Source: Polyangiales bacterium
GTDB lineage: Bacteria; Myxococcota_A; Polyangia; Polyangiales; Polyangiaceae
Length of the DNA: 64,000 nucleotides
Assembly: GCA_038231275.1 (NCBI GenBank)
Contig: JBBRLQ010000003.1
Span: 384,001-448,000, forward strand
Direction: 5' to 3'
Numbering within the stretch: position 1 is the first letter of the stretch; the number at the start of each line of letters is the position of its first letter. The translations under genes and the position numbers were made by a program. The notes beneath the pieces are model-generated. The model did no database searches. It was not told the DNA's origin and saw only the letters and a program-made list of their open reading frames with translations. This document shows, piece by piece, positions 44,419 through 53,878 of the stretch.

Positions 44419-46878
44419 CTAGGGACGCGCGAGGTCTGCGCGGGCCAGCTCTGCGCGGGTCGTGCGGAGGTCGTGGTGTGTTGGCGACAGCACCTCCTCT
44501 TCTACTGCGAACGCGCTCGCGAGCTCGGCGCGGGCCTCCGCGACGCGTCCTTCGTCAAGGAGCACCGAGCCGAGCGTGGAACGCAGGCGCGCGACGGTGT
44601 GGCGCTCGGTGCGGCGCGGCGCGAGGATCGCGATGGCGCGGCGCGCGTCCCCCTCGGCTTCCGGCAGTCGCCCGAGGTGCCGAAGCGCGATCGCGCGGGG
44701 ACCGAGGGTGCGCACGACCTCCACGCTCTGTTCGCCGCGAAGTCGCGTTTGTTCGCGGAGCACCTCGTCGAGGAGAACGATGGCCTCCGGCGCGCGTCCA
44801 AGGCCATCGAGGGCGCGCGCCCGCAAGCGAAGCGTGTTGAGCGCGTACGGCGACTGTGGACCGACGACCGAGACCTGCCGCGGGTACACGTCGCGCAAGA
44901 TCACATCCGCCTCCCCGTTGCGCCCGAGCTCGATCAGCGCGCGCGCGAGGTTGCCGCGAACGATGAGTGTGCCAGGGTGATCGTCGCCGAACACGCGCGC
45001 GTCGAGGAGCGCGACCGCCCGGCTGAGCGTCTCGCTCTCGTCGAGCCTTCCCGCGTCGCAGAGCATGGACGCCAGATCCCCGCGCGTCTCGAGGGCCTCG
45101 CGGCTTTCGTCGCCGTGGAGCCGTGTATGCAGCGCGAGCTGCTCGCGATAGAGCTTCTCCGACAGCGCGAAGTCGCCATGACCGCGCGCCACGTAGGCGA
45201 CCGCGCCCAGCGCCACGAGCGCGGTGGGACCCTCGGGACCTTCGACCTCGCGCGCGATGGAGAGCGCTTCGGCGTAAGCGCGCTCGGCGTCCTCCCAGTT
45301 CCCCGGAATGTCCGAGAGCTCCCCGAGGACGAGCAGCGTCTTGGCGACCTCGATGTGGCGCGGACCGAGCACGCGCCGCTGCAGCGTCAGCGCCCGGTCC
45401 ACCGGCGGTCGCGCCCGCTCCAGCTCCCCCATGTTGATCCAAGTGCGCGCGAAGATCCGCAGAAGCTCGGCCTGCACCTCCGGCTGTCCGTCGAGCTCGC
45501 CGAGCCGCGCTTCGCCCCGCAGCAGGATGTCGTGCTGCGTGACGGGCTTGCCGCCTTGCGCATAGGGATCGAATCCCTCGAGCAACGTGACGAGGAACTC
45601 CCGCGTCTGCGACGCCTTGCGCGCTTCCTCGCGCGCGCGATGCGCTTGCCAGAGCGTGCCGAGCAGCCCGACGACGAGCGCGAGGACCACGAGCCCCGAG
45701 AGGCCGGCGCCGACCCGATGCCGTCGCACGAACGAGCGGAGCAAGTACGCGGTGGCCCCGCCACGCGCGGCGACCGGGACGCCTTCGAGGTGCCGCCTCA
45801 CGTCCTCCGCCAGCGCGTCCACCGAGCCGTAGCGATCGGCAGGGTCGGTACGCATCGCCTTCAGCACGATCGCGTCGAGATCACCTTTGAGCCTGCTTTT
45901 CAGCGCTGCGGACGAGAGGTCGGAGGGGCGATTGCGGCTCTCTCCCGCTGCAACGCAGACGCTCGGGCGACCCTTGCCCGTATCGAGCAAGGACCGATCG
46001 ACGCGTTCGCCGGTCAAGAGCTCGTGAAGAATCGAGCCTAGAGTCCAGACGTCGCTGGCTGTAGTGATGGGGCCGTCGCGGAGTTGCTCGGGCGACGCGT
46101 AGTCGGGCGTCATCGGTCGCTCGCCGTCGACGGTCAAAGAGGTCGCGACGCCGTCGTCGTGCTCGACGAGCTTCGCGATCCCGAAGTCGAGCAGCTTCGG
46201 CGCGCCCCGCTCGTCGACCAGGATGTTGCTCGGCTTCAGGTCGCGGTGCACGATCAGGTTTTGGTGCGCGAACTGGACGGCTTCGCACACCTCCACGAAG
46301 AGCGCGAGACGCGCAGAGACATCCAGTCGCGCCTCCACGCAATGCTCGACGAGCGACAGACCCGTGACGAGCTCCATCGCGATCCACGGCTGGCCGTCGG
46401 ACGTGATCCCGCCATCGAGCAGGCGCGCGATCCGGGGATGCTCGAGCCGTGCGAGGATCTGGCGCTCGCGACGGAAGCGCGCGCTCGAGGACAACCCCGC
46501 GCCGCCCTTGAGGAGCTTGATCGCGACCTTCTGCTCGAAGTCGGCGGAGACACGCTCGGCCGTCCACACTTCGCCCATGCCGCCGCGACCGATGAGCGCG
46601 CAGAGGCGAAACGGACCGACCAGAGCGCCAACGGCGATGCCCGTCGGTGTCGTGTCGCATACACCGTACAGCGCCGATGGGACCCTCGAGCCCGCGGGCT
46701 GCGAGAGGAGGTCGCCGTCGCGGGCGTCGGCGGCGAGCAAGCGCTCCACGTGATCGCGAAGGTCAGGGTCGGCGTCCGCGAGCAGACGTTCGCGCGCGTC
46801 GGCGGGGAGGTCCAGGGCGCGGTCCACGAGCTCCATGGCGCTCATGAATCGCGCGCGTTCGTCGTCCGCCTGCCCCAT
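44419..46878 (-). CDS. Ser/Thr kinase with TM and TPR repeats (ECF-associated type)
   Basis: ALDLP..R..L..VERLL N-terminus; RERQILARLEHPRIARLLDGG; HRDLKPSN; DFG; MTPDYASPEQ. Confidence 0.92.
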   Translation of the reverse strand: MGQADDERARFMSAMELVDRALDLPADARERLLADADPDLRDHVERLLAADARDGDLLSQPAGSRVPSALYGVCDTTPTGIAVGALVGPFRLCALIGRGGMGEVWTAERVSADFEQKVAIKLLKGGAGLSSSARFRRERQILARLEHPRIARLLDGGITSDGQPWIAMELVTGLSLVEHCVEARLDVSARLALFVEVCEAVQFAHQNLIVHRDLKPSNILVDERGAPKLLDFGIAKLVEHDDGVATSLTVDGERPMTPDYASPEQLRDGPITTASDVWTLGSILHELLTGERVDRSLLDTGKGRPSVCVAAGESRNRPSDLSSAALKSRLKGDLDAIVLKAMRTDPADRYGSVDALAEDVRRHLEGVPVAARGGATAYLLRSFVRRHRVGAGLSGLVVLALVVGLLGTLWQAHRAREEARKASQTREFLVTLLEGFDPYAQGGKPVTQHDILLRGEARLGELDGQPEVQAELLRIFARTWINMGELERARPPVDRALTLQRRVLGPRHIEVAKTLLVLGELSDIPGNWEDAERAYAEALSIAREVEGPEGPTALVALGAVAYVARGHGDFALSEKLYREQLALHTRLHGDESREALETRGDLASMLCDAGRLDESETLSRAVALLDARVFGDDHPGTLIVRGNLARALIELGRNGEADVILRDVYPRQVSVVGPQSPYALNTLRLRARALDGLGRAPEAIVLLDEVLREQTRLRGEQSVEVVRTLGPRAIALRHLGRLPEAEGDARRAIAILAPRRTERHTVARLRSTLGSVLLDEGRVAEARAELASAFAVEEEVLSPTHHDLRTTRAELARADLARP

Positions 46879-46939
46879 CGCCTCTTCTTTTCATGACGGG
46901 AGCACCGCGTCGAGCCATACATAGGGTGAGGAAGCTCCC

Positions 46940-47185
46940 ATGGCCGGCAACGTCGTCAATCTGAACAAGTTCCGAAAGAAGAAGCAGCGGGACCAGAAGA
47001 CCAAGCAGGCCGACGCCAACCGAGTCCGGCACGGACGGACGAAGGCCCAAAAGGAACGTGAGCTCGCCGACCGTGAGCGCGCCGCGCGCTTGCTCGGTGG
47101 CAAGCGCCTCGAGCAAGGCAGCGAGCATGGCAGCGAGCAGGTCGCCGCCCTTGGGGTCTTGCCCGAAGAATCCGAGGAGACCTAG
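46940..47185 (+). CDS. DUF4169 family protein
   Basis: VVNLNKFRK..ANRVRHGRTK. Confidence 0.8.
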   Translation: MAGNVVNLNKFRKKKQRDQKTKQADANRVRHGRTKAQKERELADRERAARLLGGKRLEQGSEHGSEQVAALGVLPEESEET

Positions 47186-47245
47186 CTCTCGCAGGCGGCG
47201 ATCCGTCCCTCGAGGCGCCAGCCTGACCGACGGCTGTCGCGATCC

Positions 47246-48904
47246 TCAGGGCTCGTTCATTGCAAAATGCACGCAATAATTCCGCAAATCGTGCCGGAAT
47301 TTCAACATCACCTTCCCCGACGCTCCCGGCCAAGGCACCGACATCGCGAGCGCGTCGGCGCTGGCCGCCGCCGCGATGATCGTGTCCGGCGGAACGCCCG
47401 GACCCTCGACGATGTCCCAGCCCGTGCGACGCGCGAAGGCGCCTGCGGTCGTGCTCGCCAGCGCCGGCGAGCCGCTCGTGACCTGCGCCTCGATCGTCTC
47501 GGCGTCGTAGCCCACGAGCTCGTCGGAGTCGCGGAGCAATCCGTACAGCCCAAGGCTCGTGCCCCCCTGGATGCCGACGCCGTCCTGCGTGACGGCGTAG
47601 GCGACGTTCACTTTGGTGGCGCCGGGGTCGGCGGCCAATGTCAGGATCACGCTCGTGCCCGAGATCGCGGCGCTCGCGATCGCGAGCGGCTGGCCGGCGC
47701 CGTCCTTCAGCTCGAACCCCTTGCCGGCGGCCCACGCGGTGTTCGCCGTCGTGTGCGGCGGCGCGAAGTGCGACTCGAACACGAGCGGCGGGTTGGGGAC
47801 GTCGAAGCCGAGGGTGATCACCGCGCCCGCGCGCGTCAGCTTGTTCGGCTGGAGCGGCTTCCACGGGACCTTCTGGTTGAACGCGAGATCGAAGACCTCC
47901 GCGTATTTTTGGCCAAGCCGCTCATAGCCAGGCGCGGGGAAATGCAGGTGGTCCCCCGAGTGCTGGTACGCGTATTTCGGGCCGGTGCAGATGATCTGCC
48001 CCGGGTGCTGGACGCCCGCTTGCCAAACCTGCACCGCGGAGCCCGTGGCGCCGCTCGCGATCGTGCTCTGCTGCGACACGAGCAAGACGACGTGATCGCT
48101 CTGCCCGGTGACCGCGCGGAGATCCGTGTCGTAATCCTGCCAGAGTTGGAACAGCCCCGCGCCGTACCCCAGGTTGCCCGCGTCGCATTCACCGTGCGTC
48201 ATCACGATGCCGCCGTAGCCGAACGTCTTGCCCGCCGCCGCCGCCAGGCCCTTCCAGATCGCCGCTTCGTGGAGGCTCGCCGGGAACGCGCGCTTGCCGC
48301 CGGCCTTGTCGATGTCGCTCAGGCAGTGCGCTGACCAGCCCACCACCGAGTGCGCCGTCGTGTAGTCACCTTGCCCGCCGCGCGCGCGGAAGAGCGACGT
48401 GAGCGTGTTGGCCATTCCGGAGTGCGGTGTCTCCCCGAGGATGTTGTTCGGGTACTGGCCGTCGTCGTAACCGGCGCCGGTGCCGCTCACCGCCGCGCGA
48501 ACGGGCTCGGCGAGCGGCGTGGTCGCCCAGTTGGGGGCGCCGGCGTTTGCGACGATGGGGTATTTCGGGTCCGCGCCGGTGTCGACGAGCATCAGGTTCG
48601 AGAACGGTTGCTTGGTGCTGATCGTCCCGGCGGTTGCGCCGACGGAGAGGCTCTGTCCCGTGCCGACCACGCCGACCCAGTCGAACGGCGGCTTCGGCGG
48701 GGGCGACGCGTCGGCCGCGTCTTTGCTGGCGTCGCCGGCGGCGCCGTCGCTCGAAGGAGTCGTATCGGCGCCGGCGTCGGAGGGTGTGACGTCCGTGGTC
48801 GCGTCCGGCGCATTCGCGCCGGGGTTGTCGTCGCCGCCGCCGCAGGCGACGCCGGCCACGAGCGCCGCGAGGAGGACGGACCGAGGCGGGGGCAGGAACT
48901 GCAT
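47246..48904 (-). CDS. SGNH/SASA-type carbohydrate esterase-like lipoprotein
   Basis: GVAC lipobox; GQSL, HGECD, DHLH. Confidence 0.72.
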   Translation of the reverse strand: MQFLPPPRSVLLAALVAGVACGGGDDNPGANAPDATTDVTPSDAGADTTPSSDGAAGDASKDAADASPPPKPPFDWVGVVGTGQSLSVGATAGTISTKQPFSNLMLVDTGADPKYPIVANAGAPNWATTPLAEPVRAAVSGTGAGYDDGQYPNNILGETPHSGMANTLTSLFRARGGQGDYTTAHSVVGWSAHCLSDIDKAGGKRAFPASLHEAAIWKGLAAAAGKTFGYGGIVMTHGECDAGNLGYGAGLFQLWQDYDTDLRAVTGQSDHVVLLVSQQSTIASGATGSAVQVWQAGVQHPGQIICTGPKYAYQHSGDHLHFPAPGYERLGQKYAEVFDLAFNQKVPWKPLQPNKLTRAGAVITLGFDVPNPPLVFESHFAPPHTTANTAWAAGKGFELKDGAGQPLAIASAAISGTSVILTLAADPGATKVNVAYAVTQDGVGIQGGTSLGLYGLLRDSDELVGYDAETIEAQVTSGSPALASTTAGAFARRTGWDIVEGPGVPPDTIIAAAASADALAMSVPWPGASGKVMLKFRHDLRNYCVHFAMNEP

Positions 48905-49033
48905 GGACTGAGCGTAGTGAGCGGCGCGCCGCACGTCACGCGCAGCGTCCCTCGAGGGGCGCCGCCACCGTGGCGATCGGGCCACCTCCGGCGGGGGCTT
49001 TCGAAACGGCAGTCGCCGGGGTAGATCGAGCGC

Positions 49034-49891
49034 ATGGCGAAACTGGCGTTTCTCGGTGCGGGTCTCATCGGCAGTGGGTTGGCGGAGGCCGCGGCCAAGC
49101 GAGGCGATTCGGTCGCGGTGTGGAACCGCTCGCCCGCGAAGGCGCGCGCGCTCGAGGCGTTCGGCGCGAGGACGGCGGCGACGCCCGCCGAGGCGGTAAA
49201 GGGTGTCGATCGCGTGCACGTCGTCCTCACCGACGACGCCGCGGTCGACAGCGTCCTCGAAGCCTGTGGCCCCGCGATCGGCGACGCCGTCGTCGTTGAT
49301 CACACGACCGCCTCGCCCGCCGGCACCGCCGCCCGCGCGGCCCGGCTCGCGAAGGCCGGCGTCGCGTTCCTGCACGCCCCCGTCTTCATGTCCCCGAAGA
49401 TGTGCCGTGAAGCCGGCGGCATCATCCTCGTCGCCGGCCCCAAACCCGTCTTCGAGCGCGTTCACGCCGGTCTCGCCACAATGACCGGCTCGGTCCGCTA
49501 CTTGGGCGAACGTCCCGACGTCGCCGCCGCGAACAAGCTCTTCGGCAACGCCATGATCCTCACCATCACCGCCGGCCTCGCCGACGTTTTCGCGATGGCC
49601 GCCTCGCTCGGCATCTCCGCAGAAGACGCGCACGCGCTCTTCTCCGCGTTCAACCCGGCCGGCACGCTGACGTACCGTGGCGCCGCGATGTCGAAGGGCG
49701 ACTACACCCCGAGCTTCGAGCTCACGATGGCGCGCAAGGACGTGCGGCTGATGCTCGAGACGGCGGACGCGGCGCACCCGCTCCATCTGTTGCCGGCGAT
49801 CGCGGCGCGGATGGACGCGCTGCTCGCGAAGGGGCACGGACAGGACGATCTCGGCGTCCTGTCGATCGACGCCGTGCCCGCGAGGCGGTAG
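49034..49891 (+). CDS. NAD(P)-dependent beta-hydroxyacid dehydrogenase/imine reductase family
   Basis: GAGLIG, VWNRS, HAPVF, NKLFGN, ARKD. Confidence 0.88.
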   Translation: MAKLAFLGAGLIGSGLAEAAAKRGDSVAVWNRSPAKARALEAFGARTAATPAEAVKGVDRVHVVLTDDAAVDSVLEACGPAIGDAVVVDHTTASPAGTAARAARLAKAGVAFLHAPVFMSPKMCREAGGIILVAGPKPVFERVHAGLATMTGSVRYLGERPDVAAANKLFGNAMILTITAGLADVFAMAASLGISAEDAHALFSAFNPAGTLTYRGAAMSKGDYTPSFELTMARKDVRLMLETADAAHPLHLLPAIAARMDALLAKGHGQDDLGVLSIDAVPARR

Positions 49892-49898
49892 GCACGCC

Positions 49899-50819
49899 TC
49901 AGCGAAGGTGGTGCTTCACCGCGTCCGCGATGTAGCGCCAGTCCTCTGCGGTGCCCGCCGCCGACGGCTCACCGGTCATGATGGCGAGGAGCTCGCGGTA
50001 CCGGGCGGTGCGCGGATCGTGTGCGGCGAAGCGCTCGCGAAACATGCGGTAGAAGGTCTCGTCGGCGACCCTCCCGCCCGCGCGCGCCGCCGCCTCCACG
50101 TACGCGCGCACGAACGCGCCGCACGCTTCGGACGTCGCCGGAATCCCCCGCGCTCGCACGGCTCCCGCTGCGGCGGCGACGGCCTCGTTCGCGAGGCGGA
50201 GGCCGTCCATGTCGAAGCTCTTCTCCCGGATCTGCATCGCGCTCGCGCGCAAATTCTCGGCGAACGACGCGTCGGCGAGGAGATCGGAGAGCTCGATCCA
50301 GGCGTCGAGCTGCGCCGGTGTCGCGTCTTCGGGGAGCTTGGGCGTCGCCGTCACCATCATCTTTCGTCGCCACGCCTCGTCGACGGGCATGCCCTCCGCG
50401 ACGCGCTCGTGGAACTGCTCGATCACGGCCCTTCGCTCATCGCTGGTCAATCGGGTCACGGCGCACAGCCTCCTCACGTCGCTCTCGTTGGGCTCGCCTC
50501 GCAGCGCGGCACGGAGCGCCGCGGCTACGCCCTGGAGCGAAGCCACGTGCGCCTCGACGGCGGCGAGTTGAAGGCGCAGCGCGTCCGCGAGCGACAGGTC
50601 GTGGCGCAGCACCTTCCGGATCGTGTCGAGACCCAGCCCGGCGTCCCGCAGAGTGCGCACGAGATCGAGGCGCACGACCTCCTCCTCGCCGTATGTGCGG
50701 TAGCCGTTCGAAGACCTCGACGCGGGAAGGAGCCCTTCGTCGGACCAGAACCTGAGCGTCTTCACGGGCAGCCCCGTTCGACGCGACAGCTCTCCGATCG
50801 TCAGTCGCTCCTTCTTCAT
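49899..50819 (-). CDS. MerR family regulator with long C-terminal domain
   Basis: LTIGELSRRTGLPVKTLRFWSDEGLL..GYRTY. Confidence 0.92.
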   Translation of the reverse strand: MKKERLTIGELSRRTGLPVKTLRFWSDEGLLPASRSSNGYRTYGEEEVVRLDLVRTLRDAGLGLDTIRKVLRHDLSLADALRLQLAAVEAHVASLQGVAAALRAALRGEPNESDVRRLCAVTRLTSDERRAVIEQFHERVAEGMPVDEAWRRKMMVTATPKLPEDATPAQLDAWIELSDLLADASFAENLRASAMQIREKSFDMDGLRLANEAVAAAAGAVRARGIPATSEACGAFVRAYVEAAARAGGRVADETFYRMFRERFAAHDPRTARYRELLAIMTGEPSAAGTAEDWRYIADAVKHHLR

Positions 50820-50825
50820 GAACGG

Positions 50826-50856
50826 AGCGTGAGGCTTCCCGTCACGGGAGAGTCAA
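50826..50856 (-). promoter_or_regulatory. MerR-type 19-bp-spacer promoter with dyad
   Basis: TTGACT-ctcccgtgacgggaagcct(19)-CACGCT, 6 nt before ATG; dyad TCCCGT-g-ACGGGA. Confidence 0.85.
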
Positions 50857-50919
50857 GAAGGATCGTCATCGGGCGCAACCGTCATGTTGCGACGCGTGGC
50901 CTCGGGCCGCGGTGCGCGA

Positions 50920-51852
50920 CTACTTGTCGTAGAACGAGCCGCCGAACGAGCTCGTGGCATTGCCTCCCGCGTCGCCCGTGTTCGGCGTCGCGGCCGCGTC
51001 GTAGTAATCGAGGTACGGCTTCCACGTCGCGGCGTCCATGACCTCGACGATCGCCTTCACCTTGAAGCCGGTGCCCTTGATCTCGGCGCCGTACTTTCCA
51101 TCCCGGGCGGTGGTCACGCCGAGCGTGGCCACGGCGGCGAAGGGGAACGGCGCGTCGCTCGCGTCGACGATCGTCATCGTCAGCCGTCCGGTCAGCGTGG
51201 TGGGCCCCCCATCGGCGAGGGAGATTTGGGTCGAATTGGTGAAGACCAACTTGCCTGCCGGGAGGTCCGAATCCGCGGCGCTGAGCAGCCACTTTTCGCC
51301 CGCCACGTCGATCGGCCCGTCGAGCGACAGGCCGCACGGGGTGCCCGGATCGTCGCAGACGACCCACCAGATGTGAAAGAGGTCGGCGCGCTGGATGCCC
51401 GTGTACGTCCAGGTCAACCCGCCCGCCCGTCCGAGGTTGCCGGTCGGCGTCCACGTGAGGCCGTACGGAGGGAAGCCTTCGAGCTTCGGCGTGATCTGCG
51501 TCTCCGCGCAGCCGTCCTTGTTGACCGTCGCGCCGGGCGGCGTGCCGGGGCACTTGTCCACCGGGTCCGGCACCTTGTCGCCGTCCGCGTCGCACGTGGT
51601 GCCGCACGACGCGCCGTCCCCGCTCGAGCCGCTGCCGCTGCTGCCGCTGCTGCTGCCGCTGCTGCCGCTGCTGCTGCCGTCGCCGCTCGAGCCGCTACTG
51701 CCGCCGCCGTCGTCTCCGACGTTGTTGGGATCTCCGCCGTCCGCCTGGCCCTGCGCGCAGCTCGTCCCCGTGATCACGGCAGCACCGATGAACGCGGCGG
51801 CGAGGACGAGGCTCCTCGGTCGCGTCGCTCTATCTTCCTTCACGTGCTCCAT
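50920..51852 (-). CDS. Hypothetical lipoprotein with TSP3 repeat
   Basis: GTSC lipobox; SSG linker; DADGDKVPDPVDKCPGTP..VNKDGC. Confidence 0.72.
   Translation of the reverse strand: MEHVKEDRATRPRSLVLAAAFIGAAVITGTSCAQGQADGGDPNNVGDDGGGSSGSSGDGSSSGSSGSSSGSSGSGSSGDGASCGTTCDADGDKVPDPVDKCPGTPPGATVNKDGCAETQITPKLEGFPPYGLTWTPTGNLGRAGGLTWTYTGIQRADLFHIWWVVCDDPGTPCGLSLDGPIDVAGEKWLLSAADSDLPAGKLVFTNSTQISLADGGPTTLTGRLTMTIVDASDAPFPFAAVATLGVTTARDGKYGAEIKGTGFKVKAIVEVMDAATWKPYLDYYDAAATPNTGDAGGNATSSFGGSFYDK
51620..51710. repeat. In-frame low-complexity (GCT/GCC)n repeat encoding a Ser/Gly linker
   Basis: gccgctgctgccgctgctgctgccgct... Confidence 0.7.
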
Positions 51853-51942
51853 ACGCACTTCAGGCTCCCACGGCATCACGGCTCCGTCAAACCGCGACCT
51901 CGTCGCCCGCCCCGCACGGGTGATGCGGTGTACAATCGACGC

Positions 51943-52917
51943 GTGAACGCGCTCGATGGGCTTCTCCAGTCGGATCGCGGCGTGCGCGACCGGGTGGGCA
52001 CCGCGCTGCGTACCGCGGTCGTCGGTCTCGGCGCGCCGTTGGTCCGCGCGTACATGCAGGGCCCCGTGAGCTGGGGAAAGCGCGTCTTTTGGAAGCGCGT
52101 CGGCGAGCGCTTCTTCTGGCAGTCGCGCGCGTTCCAGACCACGACCGAGTTCGGCGCCGTCATCCGCGGCCGCACCGGGGACTTCATCCCCTCCGCCGTG
52201 TACTACTTCGGCGTTTGGGAGCCGCACCTGACACGGTTCATCCAGGAGCGCCTGCGCGCGGGAGACGTGTTCGTCGATGTAGGCGCCAACATCGGCTACT
52301 ACACGCTCCTCGCGTCCACGCTCGTCGGGCCCACGGGCGGCGTCGTCTCCGTCGAGGCGTCGGCCCGGATCCACGCCGTCCTCCTTGATCACGTCGCCAT
52401 CAATCACGCGGACAACGTGCGGCCTCTGCTTTGCGCGGTCTCCGACGTAGAGGGCACCCTGACCGTCTTCGCCGGCCCCGAGCACAACTCCGGCAGGACG
52501 ACGACGCTTCGCCGCGAGGACCAGCCGTTGGCGGAGGGCACCGTCCGCGCCGCGCCGCTCACGTCGCTCCTCCGCGCCGAGGAAGCCGCGAAGGCGCGCA
52601 TCGTCAAAGTCGACGTGGAGGGCGCCGAGTGGGGCGTCGTCCAGGGGATGCGCGCACTGTTGGCGTCGTGCCGCGAGGATCTCGAGATCGTCGTCGAGGT
52701 CGCGCCCGACCACCTGGCGGGGCAGGGGCACACGGTCGCCGATCTGTTCGCGATCTTCGCCGCGCACCGATTTCACGCGTACGCCATGGTGAACGACTAC
52801 GAGATGATCAGCTACGTGCCGCCGGTACGGCGCGAGCCGATCGTACGAGTGACGGCGGAGGACGTGACCGCGCAGACCGACATCGTCTTTTCGCGCATCG
52901 ACCGGCCCGCGCTCTGA
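51943..52917 (+). CDS. FkbM family methyltransferase
   Basis: FVDVGANIGYYT, VKVDVEGAE; TACAAT 6 nt before GTG. Confidence 0.9.
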   Translation: MNALDGLLQSDRGVRDRVGTALRTAVVGLGAPLVRAYMQGPVSWGKRVFWKRVGERFFWQSRAFQTTTEFGAVIRGRTGDFIPSAVYYFGVWEPHLTRFIQERLRAGDVFVDVGANIGYYTLLASTLVGPTGGVVSVEASARIHAVLLDHVAINHADNVRPLLCAVSDVEGTLTVFAGPEHNSGRTTTLRREDQPLAEGTVRAAPLTSLLRAEEAAKARIVKVDVEGAEWGVVQGMRALLASCREDLEIVVEVAPDHLAGQGHTVADLFAIFAAHRFHAYAMVNDYEMISYVPPVRREPIVRVTAEDVTAQTDIVFSRIDRPAL

Positions 52918-53033
52918 GCGCCTGCGCAGAGCGTGATCGTCGCGAGCATCGGCTGCACGTTTCATCTTCACACAGACGCGCGAGGCCCCAGGCTACATAC
53001 GGAATTTCCAGGAGCGGAAGCGCCGGCATTCGA

Positions 53034-53049
53034 TGGCGCACGGCGTGCA
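53034..53049 (+). promoter_or_regulatory. Putative sigma54 promoter
   Basis: TGGCGCACGGCGTGCA followed by a leader with SD AAGGAGG. Confidence 0.5.
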
Positions 53050-53075
53050 ACGCGCAAGACGAAGGAGGGGCGACG

Positions 53076-53870
53076 ATGGGCATCGAGCAACTCGGGCACG
53101 TGGACGTGAAGAGCGGCATCTTGTGTGTCCTCGACTTCGGGATGGCGGCGGCGTTCGCCGGACCGTCGGGCGCACAGGCGGTGCGCGGCGCCGTTCAAAA
53201 GGGCGGCTACGCGTTCGAGCACGAAGGCGCGCCCGGCATCGCGGTTCCGCACCTGCCCCCTGGCAGGTATCCGGTGAGCAGCGTCCGCCTCGACGACGGC
53301 CCGTTTCGCGGCCTGCGGCAGGCCGTCATGGTCGACTTCGTCCCGAATCCGCGCCCCGCGCGCACGATCGAGCTAGGCAAGGTCCTCGTCGACCATGCGC
53401 GCCTCGGCTTCTTCGACGTCGACGCGCTCGGCGCATGGAACGAAGAGCAGCCGGTCGACGGCATGGCCGACGTCGTCTTCTGGGGCCTCCACGAGCGCGA
53501 GGTCGCGCAGCGCTTCAACGCGCCCAAGCTCGGCGAGGACGGCTCGGGCTTCAAGAATCTCCCGGTCGCGCAGGCCGAGGCGATCGGGCGCGATCTCGAG
53601 GCCGCGAAGTCCTCCGGGCAGCTCCGCTTCGCGTGGGACTTCCGCCCGCACACGCACCCGTACTACTTGCTCTCGCAGATCCGCGGGAACGCGAACGAGG
53701 CGGGCGTCCTAGACGTTGGCGGCTTCGGCGTCTGCGGCTTCATGACGTCGTGGGGCGACGGCGAGTTCCCGGTGATGATCGATCTGGACGAGCAGAATCG
53801 CCCCATTCGCTGCGGCATCTTCTTCGCCACGAACGAGGCGATGCAGAACATGCGGCAAGTGAACAGCTGA
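53076..53870 (+). CDS. DUF4241-like hypothetical protein
   Basis: LG.V.V.SG.L..D, PGRYPV, VDHARLGFFD, SWGDGEFPV. Confidence 0.6.
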   Translation: MGIEQLGHVDVKSGILCVLDFGMAAAFAGPSGAQAVRGAVQKGGYAFEHEGAPGIAVPHLPPGRYPVSSVRLDDGPFRGLRQAVMVDFVPNPRPARTIELGKVLVDHARLGFFDVDALGAWNEEQPVDGMADVVFWGLHEREVAQRFNAPKLGEDGSGFKNLPVAQAEAIGRDLEAAKSSGQLRFAWDFRPHTHPYYLLSQIRGNANEAGVLDVGGFGVCGFMTSWGDGEFPVMIDLDEQNRPIRCGIFFATNEAMQNMRQVNS

Positions 53871-53878
53871 CGGCAGAA

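Noticed and set aside
46891-46920. VWLDAVLPS* just upstream of the TPR kinase as a relic of an ECF sigma C-terminus
   Set aside because: Too short to support homology.
51620-51710. Phase-variable microsatellite
   Set aside because: Triplet-based and in frame; it only encodes a Ser/Gly linker.
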